Source of the DNA: an uncultured Rhodospirillaceae bacterium
GTDB taxonomy: Bacteria; Pseudomonadota; Alphaproteobacteria; Rhodospirillales; Rhodospirillaceae
Reading direction: 5' to 3'
Length of the DNA stretch: 64,000 nt
Assembly: GCA_963976395.1 (NCBI GenBank)
Contig: CAXBLG010000008.1
Location: 12,018 to 76,017, forward strand
Position numbers and translations under genes: made by a program
Notes under the pieces: generated by a model
Told to the model about the DNA's origin: nothing
Seen by the model: only the letters and a program-made list of their open reading frames with translations
Database searches by the model: none
In this document: positions 34,676 to 45,117 of the stretch, piece after piece
Layout: every line of letters starts with the position of its first letter
Position numbering within the stretch: the first letter of the stretch is position 1

Positions 34676-36232
34676 ATGCGGTCTTTAGGTGGTTTTTTCT
34701 TAGTTCTATGTCTGGCGCTGCCGGCGGTCGCACAAACCGCTGGGACTTTGCGAATCGCTGTGCCGAGCTTACCGACCGTGTTTGATCCGCATAAGGCAGC
34801 GTCGCCATTAGACATTGCAGTCGCGAACGAACTTTTTATGGGGCTTGTGACTCGCGGCGCAGATGGCGAGTTAGTTCCCGGGATTGCTTCGTCGTGGGAC
34901 ATCAGCGCCGATGGCCTGGCCTATACATTCTCTCTCCGATCCGATGCAAAATGGTCGGATGGCCGCCGGGTCACCGCCGGGGATTTTGTTGCGGGCTTTG
35001 AGCGGGCGCTCGATCCGAGAACGGCCGCGCCCTATGCCGGCGATTTATTGATGATTGAAGGTGCCGAGGATGTTCTTGCGGGTCGCCGCGCACCGCGCAA
35101 TCTTAACGTCTCATCGTCATTCTTTGGCAAGTTAAGACTCAATCTTGTTCGGCCGTCGGCGAATTTTCTCGAAATTCTCGCTCGCCCGATTGCCGCCCCG
35201 GTCCCGCGCCATGTGTTGGGCGGCGAGACCGCACTCTGGGAGGTGCCGGAATCGGCCGTGAACAGTGGCGCGTTCATGGTCACCAATACCGGCACTGGAC
35301 TCTCTCTGGTTCGAAATCCCCATTTTTTCGAAAGGCACTCAAACGAGATCGAACGCATTGATTTTGTGCTCGCCGAATCCGCCGATGTAGCGAATGGTTT
35401 TGTGGAGAACGGTCTAGCAAATCTTACGCTTGGCTTTTCATTTGTGATGAGGAGTAGCTCAGAATCCCGGTTCTTGCGAGCCGACGGTGGCAGGGCTCTG
35501 TATTTTGTCGCAGTAAACGTACGCCGACCGGTCTTGGCGGTTCGAGAGGTACGCCACGCCCTTGCTATGAGTCTTGATCGCGAGAGCCTCCTGCGCAATA
35601 TCGAAGTGTCCGGCGCCGTTGCCGCTTACAAGATTGTTCCGCCTGACATTTTGGACGAGGTCCTATCGCCGCCGGCGTCCTACGCCCGGCTTCCCGCCGA
35701 GATGCGCGGGCCGATCGCTGAAGTCCTTCTTGCCGAATCGCAGATCGGGCCTAGCGCGCCTTACATGATTAGGTTGATTTATCCGCTTGGCGAGGTTCAT
35801 GACTCAATCGCTCGGCACATCACAACTGTATGGGCTCCTTTAGGGATTCAAGTGGTGGCCACCGGGCTGCCGCAGTCCGAGTATGATCAGGCCCTTTCCG
35901 CTGGCGAGTTTGACGCGGCACTGGCGTCTGGTCGAAGGGGCGGTACAAGCCCAATGACCTATATGATGCCTCTGACCCAATCTGCGGGTTCTCTGAACAT
36001 CACGGGCTACGACGAGCCCGACTTCGACATGCGCTTAATAGCGGCCGACACAGAACCAGACGGCGCCTCTCGGCAAACACGCTTCGCCGAGGCGGAAAAT
36101 GTGCTGATCCAAGATCAGGTCATTTTACCAGTCTTCTTTTATACGCCGCGCCATGCGGTTGCAGATATAGTGCAAGGATGGATAGCCAACACGCATGGCG
36201 TTCATCCTTTGCGGTACCTATCCTCGCGCTAA
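34676..36232 (+). CDS. ABC transporter substrate-binding protein, family 5 (peptide/nickel/glutathione type)
   Basis: 518 aa with signal peptide. GLVTRGADGELVPGIASSW...WSDG is typical of SBP_bac_5. Confidence 0.85.
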   Translation: MRSLGGFFLVLCLALPAVAQTAGTLRIAVPSLPTVFDPHKAASPLDIAVANELFMGLVTRGADGELVPGIASSWDISADGLAYTFSLRSDAKWSDGRRVTAGDFVAGFERALDPRTAAPYAGDLLMIEGAEDVLAGRRAPRNLNVSSSFFGKLRLNLVRPSANFLEILARPIAAPVPRHVLGGETALWEVPESAVNSGAFMVTNTGTGLSLVRNPHFFERHSNEIERIDFVLAESADVANGFVENGLANLTLGFSFVMRSSSESRFLRADGGRALYFVAVNVRRPVLAVREVRHALAMSLDRESLLRNIEVSGAVAAYKIVPPDILDEVLSPPASYARLPAEMRGPIAEVLLAESQIGPSAPYMIRLIYPLGEVHDSIARHITTVWAPLGIQVVATGLPQSEYDQALSAGEFDAALASGRRGGTSPMTYMMPLTQSAGSLNITGYDEPDFDMRLIAADTEPDGASRQTRFAEAENVLIQDQVILPVFFYTPRHAVADIVQGWIANTHGVHPLRYLSSR

Positions 36233-36328
36233 GGGTGAAGAGCGGTTCAGGCGTCGTTGTGCTTGGCGCGACCTCCAGGCACAGCTATGGTCAAGAGCGG
36301 TATTCACCGGCTGGGGCGCCAAGGACTG

Positions 36329-37270
36329 ATGTGGTCATATCTTGCCAGACGACTTGCTATGGGCATCCCGACGCTTTGGGTGATCATTACCGTTTGTTTT
36401 TTTCTGATGCGGCTAACCCCTGGTGGGCCGTTTGACTCAGACGCGCCGGTGCCGCCTGAGGTTTTGGCAAACTTGCGCGCGCGCTATCAACTTGATGACC
36501 CTCTTTGGCACCAATACCTTTCGTATTTGTGGAATCTATTGCAGGGCGATTTTGGCCCCTCGTTTAAATATCAAGATTTCACGGTCACTGAACTGATCGC
36601 TCAAGGGTTTCCCATCAGCTTGCAAAACGGCTTAAGCGCGCTTTTGCTTGCAGTGTTCATTGGCGTGCCCATGGGAGTTCTAGCCGCGCTCAAGCAGAAC
36701 AGTCCGCGCGATTATACAGTCTCGGCCGTGGCCATGACCGGCATCGTGATCCCTAATTTTGTTATGGGCCACATCCTCATATTGGTGTTCGGCGTATGGT
36801 TGAAAGATACGGTCTTCAGTTTGCCCGCCGGCGGCTGGGGTGACGGGGGGCTGGCCTATCGCGTCTTGCCTGTCATCGTGCTGTCGCTGCCGTTCATCGC
36901 CTATGTGGCACGCATAAGTCGCGGCAGCATGATCGAAGCTATGCGCACCAACTATGTGCGGACAGCCCGCGCAAAAGGCTTGCCGTTTCGCACTGTCGTT
37001 ATGCGCCATGCCATGAAAGCAGCCATGACGCCGGTGGTTACGTATCTGGGGCCGGCCACAGCGTTTATCCTGACGGGCTCGATGGTGGTGGAGACGATTT
37101 TCCAGATCCCGGGCATTGGACGCTACTTCGTGCAGGGCGCTCTCAACCGCGACTACACCTTAGTGATGGGTGTCACTATCCTCAGCGCAGCGCTCATCAT
37201 TTTGATGAATCTTCTTGTGGATGTTCTGTACGGGGTGCTCGACCCGAAGGTGCGGTATGACCAGCATTAA
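36329..37270 (+). CDS. ABC transporter permease (DppB/OppB/GsiC type)
   Basis: MWSYLARRLAMGIPTLWVIITVCFFLMRLTPGGPF N-terminus and the EAA-like loop YVRTARAKGL. Confidence 0.85.
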   Translation: MWSYLARRLAMGIPTLWVIITVCFFLMRLTPGGPFDSDAPVPPEVLANLRARYQLDDPLWHQYLSYLWNLLQGDFGPSFKYQDFTVTELIAQGFPISLQNGLSALLLAVFIGVPMGVLAALKQNSPRDYTVSAVAMTGIVIPNFVMGHILILVFGVWLKDTVFSLPAGGWGDGGLAYRVLPVIVLSLPFIAYVARISRGSMIEAMRTNYVRTARAKGLPFRTVVMRHAMKAAMTPVVTYLGPATAFILTGSMVVETIFQIPGIGRYFVQGALNRDYTLVMGVTILSAALIILMNLLVDVLYGVLDPKVRYDQH

Positions 37271-38168
37271 TCTCGCCTCTCGCCACGGCGAAGCCCTTGA
37301 GACGGCGGCAAGTGTTGAAGGCCGCAGCTTGTGGCAGGATGCTTGGCGGCGTTTACTCAGAAACCGCGCGGCCGTGGTTAGCCTTATTATTCTTGCCGTG
37401 ATCGGATTGCTCTCGGTGTTGGGGCCGTATGCCCTGCCTTGGAGTTATGACGAGATCGACTGGGACCACATCGAAGCCCTGCCGCCCTCATTGGAGCTCG
37501 GACATTATCTCGGCACCGATTATGTGGGCCGTGATCTTCTTGCACGTACCTTGGTGGGGGGGCGCGTGTCTTTAACGGTGGGCATTCTGGCCACAGCGGT
37601 TGCGCTTATTATTGGTGTAACCGTAGGTGCCGTCGCGGGGTTTGTGGGCGGCCGTGTCGATCAGATTTTAATGCGATTTGTTGATTTGATGTATTCGGTA
37701 CCGCTGACGTTCTTTGTCATCATTCTTATGGTTCTGTTCGGCCGGAATTTTATTTTGATGTTTCTCGCCATCGGCTGTGTCGAATGGCTCACGATGTCGC
37801 GCATCGTGCGCGGCCAAACGTTATCTCTACGAAACAAAGAATTCATCGAAGCTGCGCGTGCGTCCGGCGGGACTACGGCCGGTATCATATGGCGGCATAT
37901 TGTCCCTAACGTCCTTGGTGTGGTGATTATTTATGTCACGCTGACAATTCCCCAAGTCATTTTGCTGGAAAGCTTTCTCAGTTTTTTAGGGCTCGGTGTA
38001 CAGGAACCGCTCACGAGCTGGGGCATGCTGATCAATGAAGGCGCGGCAGAAATGGAAATCACGCCGCGCACATTGTTTGTGCCGGCAGTTTTTATGACGG
38101 TAACTCTATTTTGCTTCAACTTTCTGGGTGACGGTATCCGCGATGCTCTCGACCCTAAAGACCGGTAG
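37257..38168 (+). CDS. ABC transporter permease (DppC/OppC/GsiD type)
   Basis: LGTDYVGRDLLAR and EFIEAARASG motifs. The start overlaps the preceding permease by 14 nt. Confidence 0.85.
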   Translation: MTSINLASRHGEALETAASVEGRSLWQDAWRRLLRNRAAVVSLIILAVIGLLSVLGPYALPWSYDEIDWDHIEALPPSLELGHYLGTDYVGRDLLARTLVGGRVSLTVGILATAVALIIGVTVGAVAGFVGGRVDQILMRFVDLMYSVPLTFFVIILMVLFGRNFILMFLAIGCVEWLTMSRIVRGQTLSLRNKEFIEAARASGGTTAGIIWRHIVPNVLGVVIIYVTLTIPQVILLESFLSFLGLGVQEPLTSWGMLINEGAAEMEITPRTLFVPAVFMTVTLFCFNFLGDGIRDALDPKDR

Positions 38169-38171
38169 CCG

Positions 38172-39164
38172 ATGATCTCAGTGCCGTCTTCCCCCGTTCT
38201 GGAAATCAAAAACCTCAGCGTGCAGTTCGCAACGCCCGAGGGCGAGGTGCAGGCAGTCAGTGATGTATCGCTGTCCGTGAACAAGGGAGAATGTCTGGGA
38301 ATCGTCGGCGAATCAGGCTCCGGTAAAAGCCAGACCTTTATGGCGGCTTTGGGATTGTTGGCGGAAAACGGTACCGCCCAGGGCGAAGTGCTCTTGAACG
38401 GTGTCGATCTACTCAAGGCCGGCGAGCGCAAGCTAACGGCAATACGGGGCAATAAGATCGCGCTGATTTTTCAAGATCCCATGACATCGCTTACTCCGCA
38501 CATGCGCGTTGGACGTCAGTTGACCGAAGTCTTGATGCGACACCGAGGCCTGAATGCGACTGAGGCCCGGGACGGCGCCATTGCTATGCTGAAGCGTGTG
38601 CAAATTCCCGAACCCGAACGGCGTTTTATCATGTATCCGCACGAACTGTCCGGTGGGTTGCGTCAGCGAGTGATGATCGCGATGGCGCTTCTTTGCGGGC
38701 CGGATATGGTGATTGCCGACGAACCAACCACCGCTCTTGACGTAACTGTCCAAGCGCAGATTCTGGACTTGATTCGGGAGGTACAAGACACGCTCGATAC
38801 GGCCGTCGTTCTTATCACCCACGATCTCGGTGTGGTTGCGGGTTTAGCCGACCGGGTCGCAGTCATGTATGCGGGCCGTATCGTTGAGCAGGGAGGTGTG
38901 CGCGATATTTTTTATCGGCCCAATCACCCCTATACGCGCGGATTGCTCGAATGCACCCCGAGTCTTGATCAGGTCCAAACCGGCAAGCTGCTCACAATTC
39001 CGGGACAGCCTCCTGATCTTCAGAATCTGCCGCCGGGATGCGCTTTTCATCCAAGGTGCGTGCACAGTTCTGAGCGGTGTTTGGCTGAGAGGCCCGTGCT
39101 GTCGGCGGCATCCCACAACGGTCAAAAGGCCTGCTTTTTATCCGAAGGGCAGGTAAGCCCATGA
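38172..39164 (+). CDS. ABC transporter ATP-binding protein (DppD/OppD type)
   Basis: [33 protein letters not shown], and a C-terminal oligopeptide-type extension with CAFHPRC. Confidence 0.9.
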   Translation: MISVPSSPVLEIKNLSVQFATPEGEVQAVSDVSLSVNKGECLGIVGESGSGKSQTFMAALGLLAENGTAQGEVLLNGVDLLKAGERKLTAIRGNKIALIFQDPMTSLTPHMRVGRQLTEVLMRHRGLNATEARDGAIAMLKRVQIPEPERRFIMYPHELSGGLRQRVMIAMALLCGPDMVIADEPTTALDVTVQAQILDLIREVQDTLDTAVVLITHDLGVVAGLADRVAVMYAGRIVEQGGVRDIFYRPNHPYTRGLLECTPSLDQVQTGKLLTIPGQPPDLQNLPPGCAFHPRCVHSSERCLAERPVLSAASHNGQKACFLSEGQVSP

Positions 39165-40144
39165 ATGAGTCTCTACTGAATGTACGTGATCTTAAGGTAC
39201 ATTTTCCGGTGCGCGTCGGCGGCGCTCTGATTGGAAAGTACCGTCCTCTGAAAGCAGTTGACGGCGTTAATCTCGATCTCGCGCCCGGAGAAACGCTGGG
39301 AATTGTCGGTGAATCCGGTTGCGGGAAATCCACTCTTGGCCGAGCCGTTTTGCAGCTGTTGCCGGCGACGGATGGCAGTGTTGTCTGGTTGGGACAGAAC
39401 CTTGCGGCATCGGACAAGGCTGCACTTAAGGCCGTGCGACAAAATATGCAGATTGTTTTTCAAGACCCGCTCGCCAGTCTTGATCCGCGTATGACGGTCG
39501 GCGACATTATTGCCGAACCTGTTCGTAATTTTTATCCGCAGCTTACGCGTGCGGAGGTAAAGGCGCGGGTCAATTCCATGATGGACCAAGTAGGGTTGCT
39601 GCCCTCAATGGTCAATCGCTACCCACATGAATTTTCCGGCGGGCAATGCCAACGTATCGGAATTGCCCGAGCCATGATTCTCGGCCCCAAGCTTGTGGTG
39701 TGCGATGAACCGGTCAGCGCGCTCGACGTTTCTATTCGGGCGCAGGTCATCAACTTACTCATGGATTTGCAGCAGCAGTTCAGCCTGTCCATGCTGTTTA
39801 TCAGTCATGATCTCTCGGTCGTGCGTCATATCAGCCACCGCGTGATGGTGCTCTATTTGGGGCGGGTGATGGAGGCTGGTCCACACGCATCGCTCTATGC
39901 TGCGCCCCGTCACCCCTATACTCAGGCGCTTATGTCTGCTGTGCCCATTCCGGATCCGGACAAAGAGCGGGCGAAATCGCGCGTTATATTGCAGGCCGAT
40001 CCCCCTTCGCCGCTTGATCCGCCGTCCGGCTGTGTGTTTCGCACAAGGTGTGCCAAAGCCACTGATATTTGCACTCAAAAAGTTCCCGAAGAAGAGACTG
40101 TTGCGTCCGGTCATAGCGTGGCTTGTCATCATTGGCGGACCTAA
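39161..40144 (+). CDS. ABC transporter ATP-binding protein (DppF/OppF type)
   Basis: GESGCGKST, FSGGQCQRIGIARA, VCDEPVSALD, C-terminal CVFRTRC. Confidence 0.9.
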   Translation: MNESLLNVRDLKVHFPVRVGGALIGKYRPLKAVDGVNLDLAPGETLGIVGESGCGKSTLGRAVLQLLPATDGSVVWLGQNLAASDKAALKAVRQNMQIVFQDPLASLDPRMTVGDIIAEPVRNFYPQLTRAEVKARVNSMMDQVGLLPSMVNRYPHEFSGGQCQRIGIARAMILGPKLVVCDEPVSALDVSIRAQVINLLMDLQQQFSLSMLFISHDLSVVRHISHRVMVLYLGRVMEAGPHASLYAAPRHPYTQALMSAVPIPDPDKERAKSRVILQADPPSPLDPPSGCVFRTRCAKATDICTQKVPEEETVASGHSVACHHWRT

Positions 40145-40227
40145 AAAGCCAAATCAACATGCCCGGATGACACGCCTTTTGCGGTAACATGGGCTCTTCA
40201 ACCCCTGACGTATGAAATTGTCGAATT

Positions 40228-41979
40228 ATGCTGTTTTTTATTAAGCGTGCGCTCAAAGCCATTTCTCTCTCTGTTTTTGTCCTCGCACCGCCAGTTACGG
40301 TGTGGGCGGCGGATGTCGTCTCGCCCGAGCTGGGATCGGGTCTCACCGAACTCAAAAGCGGAACGGCTGAAAAATTCATGGTTGTTGCGGCCAATCCATT
40401 GGCGGCTGAGGCGGGGGCAAAAATTTTGCGCGCGGGTGGCTCGGCCACAGATGCCGCGATCGCCGTTCAGTTGGTTCTTAATTTGGTCGAGCCCCAATCT
40501 TCCGGCATCGGCGGCGGTGCCTTTGTGCTGCATTGGGATGCGAAGAGCGGAGAGGTGGTCAGTTATGACGGCCGCGAAACGGCCCCGGCGGCTGCGCAGG
40601 AAAATAGGTTCCTGACAAAAAACGGCAAGGTCATGGGCCGGATGGAGGCCATGGTGGGCGGTAAATCTGTCGGTGTGCCGGGCGTTATGCGCCTGATGGA
40701 GATGGTGCATCGCAATCACGGTGTTTTGCCGTGGGCCGACTTATTCGCGCCAGCCATCGCGCTCGCTGAGGACGGCTTCGCGATTTCACCGCGCCTGCAT
40801 ACCCTGCTGAGCGGTGAAAGCGCGCTGAAAAATATCGAGCCGGCCAAATCCTTTTATTTCGACGGTCACGGTGACGCTAAAGCCGTTGGGACAATTCTCA
40901 AAAACCCGCAGTTTGCGAAGACCCTTCGTATTCTGGCTGATCAAGGCGCGGACGCGTTCTACGAGGGACCTCTTGCCGCTGATATTGTCCGTACTGTTGC
41001 GGCAGCGACCAACAATCCCGGCGACATGACCCTCGACGATATCTCGGGATATGAGGCCAAAGAGCGGCCGGCGGTCTGCGGGATGTACCGTACCTACCGT
41101 GTGTGCGGCATGGGGCCACCGTCTTCGGGCGGGATCGGCGTCATCCAAACCTTGGGTATTCTTGAGTCGTTTGATCTGCGCGCCATGGGCCGCAATAGTG
41201 CAACCGCCGTTCATCTGATGGTCGAAGCGGGCCGCCTAGCCTTTGCCGACCGCGCCGTTTACATCGCCGACAGCGATGTGGTTCCTGTCCCGACGAAGGG
41301 TTTGATCGCGCCGGCATACCTAAAACAACGTGCTGAACTTCTGGACCCTTCCGCATATATGCCGTCCGCCGACGCCGGCGATGTTCCGGTAGAAAGCCAA
41401 CACGGCTATGCGCCGGCGCCGAGCCCAGAGCTTCCTTCCACAACCCATTTTTCCATTGTGGATCAAAACGGCAATGCTGTTGCAATGACCTCGTCCATTG
41501 AAAACGGCTTCGGCTCGCGTTTGATGGTGGACGGGTTTTTGCTCAACAATCAACTCACCGACTTTTCCTATCGGGACGTGGCCGAACATCGCGAAGTGGC
41601 TAACCGCGTGCAAGGCGGTAAACGTCCGCGCAGTTCCATGGCACCAACTCTGGTGTTTAACGCCGACGGAAAGCTAGAAATGATTTTGGGCTCGCCGGGT
41701 GGCCCGGCTATTGTCGGTTTTGTGGTCAAAACTCTGGTTGGTCTTATTGATTGGGATATGACGCCGGCCGAGGCAACGGCCGCGCCTTTTGCTTTGTCCT
41801 TTGGTGGTCCGACGCTTCTCGAAAAGGGCTTGTCCGCAGAGGAGGAGGCTCTTAAAGCCTTGGGTCACAACGTGCGACTTGTTGATTTTCCGAGCGGAAT
41901 CCACGCCATTCGGATCACCGAGACCGGTCTTGTCGGAGGCGCGGATCCGCGCCGTGAAGGCGCCGTTATTGGCGAATAA
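40228..41979 (+). CDS. ggt: Gamma-glutamyltransferase
   Basis: 583 aa with signal peptide. GGSATDAAIA, GIGGGAF, the autoprocessing site ...PSTTHFSIVD (Thr nucleophile), and GSPGG. Confidence 0.9.
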   Translation: MLFFIKRALKAISLSVFVLAPPVTVWAADVVSPELGSGLTELKSGTAEKFMVVAANPLAAEAGAKILRAGGSATDAAIAVQLVLNLVEPQSSGIGGGAFVLHWDAKSGEVVSYDGRETAPAAAQENRFLTKNGKVMGRMEAMVGGKSVGVPGVMRLMEMVHRNHGVLPWADLFAPAIALAEDGFAISPRLHTLLSGESALKNIEPAKSFYFDGHGDAKAVGTILKNPQFAKTLRILADQGADAFYEGPLAADIVRTVAAATNNPGDMTLDDISGYEAKERPAVCGMYRTYRVCGMGPPSSGGIGVIQTLGILESFDLRAMGRNSATAVHLMVEAGRLAFADRAVYIADSDVVPVPTKGLIAPAYLKQRAELLDPSAYMPSADAGDVPVESQHGYAPAPSPELPSTTHFSIVDQNGNAVAMTSSIENGFGSRLMVDGFLLNNQLTDFSYRDVAEHREVANRVQGGKRPRSSMAPTLVFNADGKLEMILGSPGGPAIVGFVVKTLVGLIDWDMTPAEATAAPFALSFGGPTLLEKGLSAEEEALKALGHNVRLVDFPSGIHAIRITETGLVGGADPRREGAVIGE

Positions 41980-41987
41980 CGGAGCTC

Positions 41988-42584
41988 CTAATCCATTTGG
42001 ATGATCTCGACCATATGCCCGTCCGGGTCGTAGGCCAGCAGTCTCCGACCGCTTATTAAATCTCCTCCGCCCTCACGTTCTGTGAAGCGGTTGGGTGGCT
42101 CATGAAACCGCGTGCTCACCGAGTCCAAACGGCTATAGACCCCTTGAATATCCGGAACTTCGAACATCAGCACGATATCGCCTGTGCCGACCCCCATCAG
42201 ATTGCCTCGGGCGCTGGGTAGGGGCGGTCGATCATACCAAAGTAAAGCGATCGCTCCAGATACGCGTCCTTCGCCGGCCATTATGACCAATCGGCTGCGG
42301 GTGGGGTCATCGGTAAGTGGCAGGGCATCGGCGGAGATGATGCCGCTAGCATCGTCGCTGGTGCGCGAGATGTCTGATTTTGAAACCAATCCCAGTCGCT
42401 GATAAAAATCCATAGACCGATCAATATCGCTGACGATCAATGTAACCCGGTGCAAAGATGTAGAGTCAGGTGCGGCATCCTGTGCCAAAGCAGTAGGGAG
42501 CAGGCCAGCAGCAAGGGCCATTAGGACGGTCGCCATGGTAGTAAAAAGTCCACGGCACCGTCTCAGCACTTTTGAAAATGTCAT
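41988..42584 (-). CDS. Secreted VOC (glyoxalase/bleomycin-resistance/dioxygenase) family protein
   Basis: Signal peptide, then HRVTLIVSDIDRSMDFYQRLG and YDPDGHMVEI beta-alpha-beta-beta-beta module motifs. Confidence 0.7.
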   Translation of the reverse strand: MTFSKVLRRCRGLFTTMATVLMALAAGLLPTALAQDAAPDSTSLHRVTLIVSDIDRSMDFYQRLGLVSKSDISRTSDDASGIISADALPLTDDPTRSRLVIMAGEGRVSGAIALLWYDRPPLPSARGNLMGVGTGDIVLMFEVPDIQGVYSRLDSVSTRFHEPPNRFTEREGGGDLISGRRLLAYDPDGHMVEIIQMD

Positions 42585-42671
42585 TAAGTTACCTTTTACC
42601 CGCGACGTAGAAACAAACGGCCCTTGCAGATCTTAATTCTGTGTCGAAGTGCGTATGAGAGCAAGACCGTG

Positions 42672-43181
42672 TCAGAGCACACGATCATAGGGCTGCTTTT
42701 CGAGAAAAATAAGGCAGGCTAGGGCAAAGGTACATATGCCGTCGTCTCCGGCCAGGGGAAAGACCCCATAAATAACTTCCTTGTATTCGTCGTTGGGCCA
42801 GTCAACGGGTTCACGACCAAAGCGAATGCAGGGGGTTTCAATCGCCTCTACAAAAAATTCCGGCCAGTTGACCTGGCTTACACGAGCGGTTTGCGGCGTG
42901 AATACTTTGCCGGTCAGGTCCAGGGGAAAGTTATCGGCAACGAACGTGCCGCAGTAGATAAAACGAAATGATCGATCATCTACGCGCTCCGCCATTAGCA
43001 GATTTGGGGCTGCGCCATAGATACTCATAAAATCAAATAACGTGCGCGGCGGCGGTTGGCCGTTGTTCAGCCCACACCAATACGTAAAAACCTCTGATAT
43101 GACGGGGTGGTTCTCGGCCTCGGCGTCGAGATTGCGGATTGGAACATCACTTATATTGGGCATTATCACTCCGAGATGCAC
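42672..43181 (-). CDS. PAS_5-type (DUF1457-like) PAS domain protein
   Basis: ~165 aa stand-alone protein. The pattern FTYWCGLNNGQPPPRTLFD ... SFRFIYCGT ... VIYGVFPL resembles the alphaproteobacterial PAS_5 family. The start may be ATG 43163. Confidence 0.55.
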   Translation of the reverse strand: MHLGVIMPNISDVPIRNLDAEAENHPVISEVFTYWCGLNNGQPPPRTLFDFMSIYGAAPNLLMAERVDDRSFRFIYCGTFVADNFPLDLTGKVFTPQTARVSQVNWPEFFVEAIETPCIRFGREPVDWPNDEYKEVIYGVFPLAGDDGICTFALACLIFLEKQPYDRVL

Positions 43182-43463
43182 ATCCCTATCTAAGGCAAAG
43201 ATACTGATCCGAGCAAGACACTGAGGAGTTGGTATTCAATCAACTCTCTCAACTTCAAGGCGCAAGCGTTCTTAGACGCCTTGTCCCGCAAGCCCAGCGA
43301 AAAAGTTATCCACTGGATGCAGGCTTGAGTTGTATGGGCAGAATGTCGTTTAATGCACTTGGCGCGTCTGAGGTGCGCCCGCACAGACACTTTTGCGGGA
43401 CACGATACGCACCATGAGTTAGTAAGAACGATAAATTAAACCGGACGCCGCAAAGACCCCCTT

Positions 43464-45107
43464 ATGAATCCTGCTCGCGAACGTTTTGTCGCATTTGCTT
43501 TTTGTTGGGCCGATATTCTGATCGAGCTCGATAAATCTTACAAAGTGCTGTTTGCCGCCGGCGCGACCAACGCGCTACTGGGTATGGATGCAAGCGCGCT
43601 GATCGGTCAGGACTTCATGGGTACGGTCGCACCCAAGGATCGCGTTCTGGTTGATCAGCTTTTGCATATGACGTCCAAGAGCGGGCGCATAGATAATGTA
43701 ACAATCCGGCTCAAAGGGACAAAGGGGCTGACGGCTCCTATGTCGTTCGCCGGCTACATGCTGCCCGACCTCAAGGACCATTTTTTCCTGGCCCTGCGTA
43801 CGCGGGTGCATATCGACGAAAAAGGCCAGGCTGAGGAGGGAGTTTCGCGCGACAAGGGTTCTGGGCTTCTGGCCGGTGACGCCTTCTCGGAAATGGCCGT
43901 CAAGAAGCTTAAGGATGCTAAGGGAACCGGCGATGCCGCCGAGATGACCTTAGTAAGCTTGCCGGGCTTTGAGAGTTTCTACGAGTCCTTGAATGAAGAA
44001 GAGCAGGACGTTCTTCTTAATACAGTCGGAACAACACTGCGGGCCAATTCAATCGGCGGCGATTCTGCGGGCGCTATCGGCGACGGCAAGTTTGGTATCA
44101 TTCACGAATCCGGTCTTGATGTCGCCGCTCTCGAAGCCAAGTTGGCCGAAGCCACGAAAGCGTTTGATCCGGAAGGGAAGGGCGTTGCCGCTCAGGCGGG
44201 CACGGTTGATGTCGATCTTGACGGGGTCAACGAAGCCGATTTGGCAAAGGGCCTCGTCTATACCATCAATCACTTCAAGGAACAGGTGGGCGATAAGTTC
44301 AACGTGAAGGACATCGCCAGCAACATGAACAACCTGGTTCAGGAAGCGGTTCAGTCCTTGAACAGTTTCCGTTCCATTGTTGAGGGCAACGACTTCCAGG
44401 TCGCATTTCACCCGATTCTCGATGTGCGCACCGGGGCGGTACATCACTATGAGGCTCTGGTGCGCTTTAACGGCAATTTCGAAGAATCGCCATACAAGCA
44501 TATTACCTTTGCCGAAGAGACCGGTCTAATTACCGAGTTTGACATTGCCATGGCGCGAAAATGTGTCGAGTGGCTGCGCAAGAACCGGTCCGACAAGGTC
44601 TCTATTGCCGTAAACATCTCAGGCATGTCCGTCGGCAATGAAATGTATGAGAAAGAGCTGCACGCGATGCTCGATGCTGATACATGGCTGAGCAATTTCC
44701 TCTTGTTTGAAATTACGGAATCGTCGCGTGTGGCTGATTTGAAGCAGGCCAACGCTTTTGTTCAAGCTCTGCGCAAAAAAGGCTTTCACGTGTGTTTGGA
44801 TGACTTCGGCGCAGGCGCGGCCAGTTTCCAATATCTCAGTGTTCTGGAAGTCGATGTGGTTAAGCTGGACGGTAGCGCAATCAAAAACGCCCAAAGCGCG
44901 CCTAATGGTCGCGCGTTTCTCAAGGCTCTCGCGACCCTATGTAAAACCATGGAAGTTGAGACAATTGCGGAAATGGTCGATTCGAAAGACGCTCTGGAGT
45001 TCGTGCGCGATTGCGGCGTGGAATATGTCCAGGGCTTCCTCTTCGGCAAGCCCGATCCCGATCCCTGGAGCTTCATCAAGAAGCTGGACCGCAAGCTGTT
45101 TGCCTAG
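43464..45107 (+). CDS. PAS-like / degenerate GGDEF / EAL domain protein (putative c-di-GMP phosphodiesterase or sensor)
   Basis: EAL domain motifs YEALVRF, NISG, EITES, DDFGAGAASFQYL, VKLDG, QGFLFGKP. The upstream GGDEF-like region has a degenerate active site (IGDGKFGII instead of GG[D/E]EF). Confidence 0.85.
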   Translation: MNPARERFVAFAFCWADILIELDKSYKVLFAAGATNALLGMDASALIGQDFMGTVAPKDRVLVDQLLHMTSKSGRIDNVTIRLKGTKGLTAPMSFAGYMLPDLKDHFFLALRTRVHIDEKGQAEEGVSRDKGSGLLAGDAFSEMAVKKLKDAKGTGDAAEMTLVSLPGFESFYESLNEEEQDVLLNTVGTTLRANSIGGDSAGAIGDGKFGIIHESGLDVAALEAKLAEATKAFDPEGKGVAAQAGTVDVDLDGVNEADLAKGLVYTINHFKEQVGDKFNVKDIASNMNNLVQEAVQSLNSFRSIVEGNDFQVAFHPILDVRTGAVHHYEALVRFNGNFEESPYKHITFAEETGLITEFDIAMARKCVEWLRKNRSDKVSIAVNISGMSVGNEMYEKELHAMLDADTWLSNFLLFEITESSRVADLKQANAFVQALRKKGFHVCLDDFGAGAASFQYLSVLEVDVVKLDGSAIKNAQSAPNGRAFLKALATLCKTMEVETIAEMVDSKDALEFVRDCGVEYVQGFLFGKPDPDPWSFIKKLDRKLFA

Positions 45108-45117
45108 CTTTCGCGTG

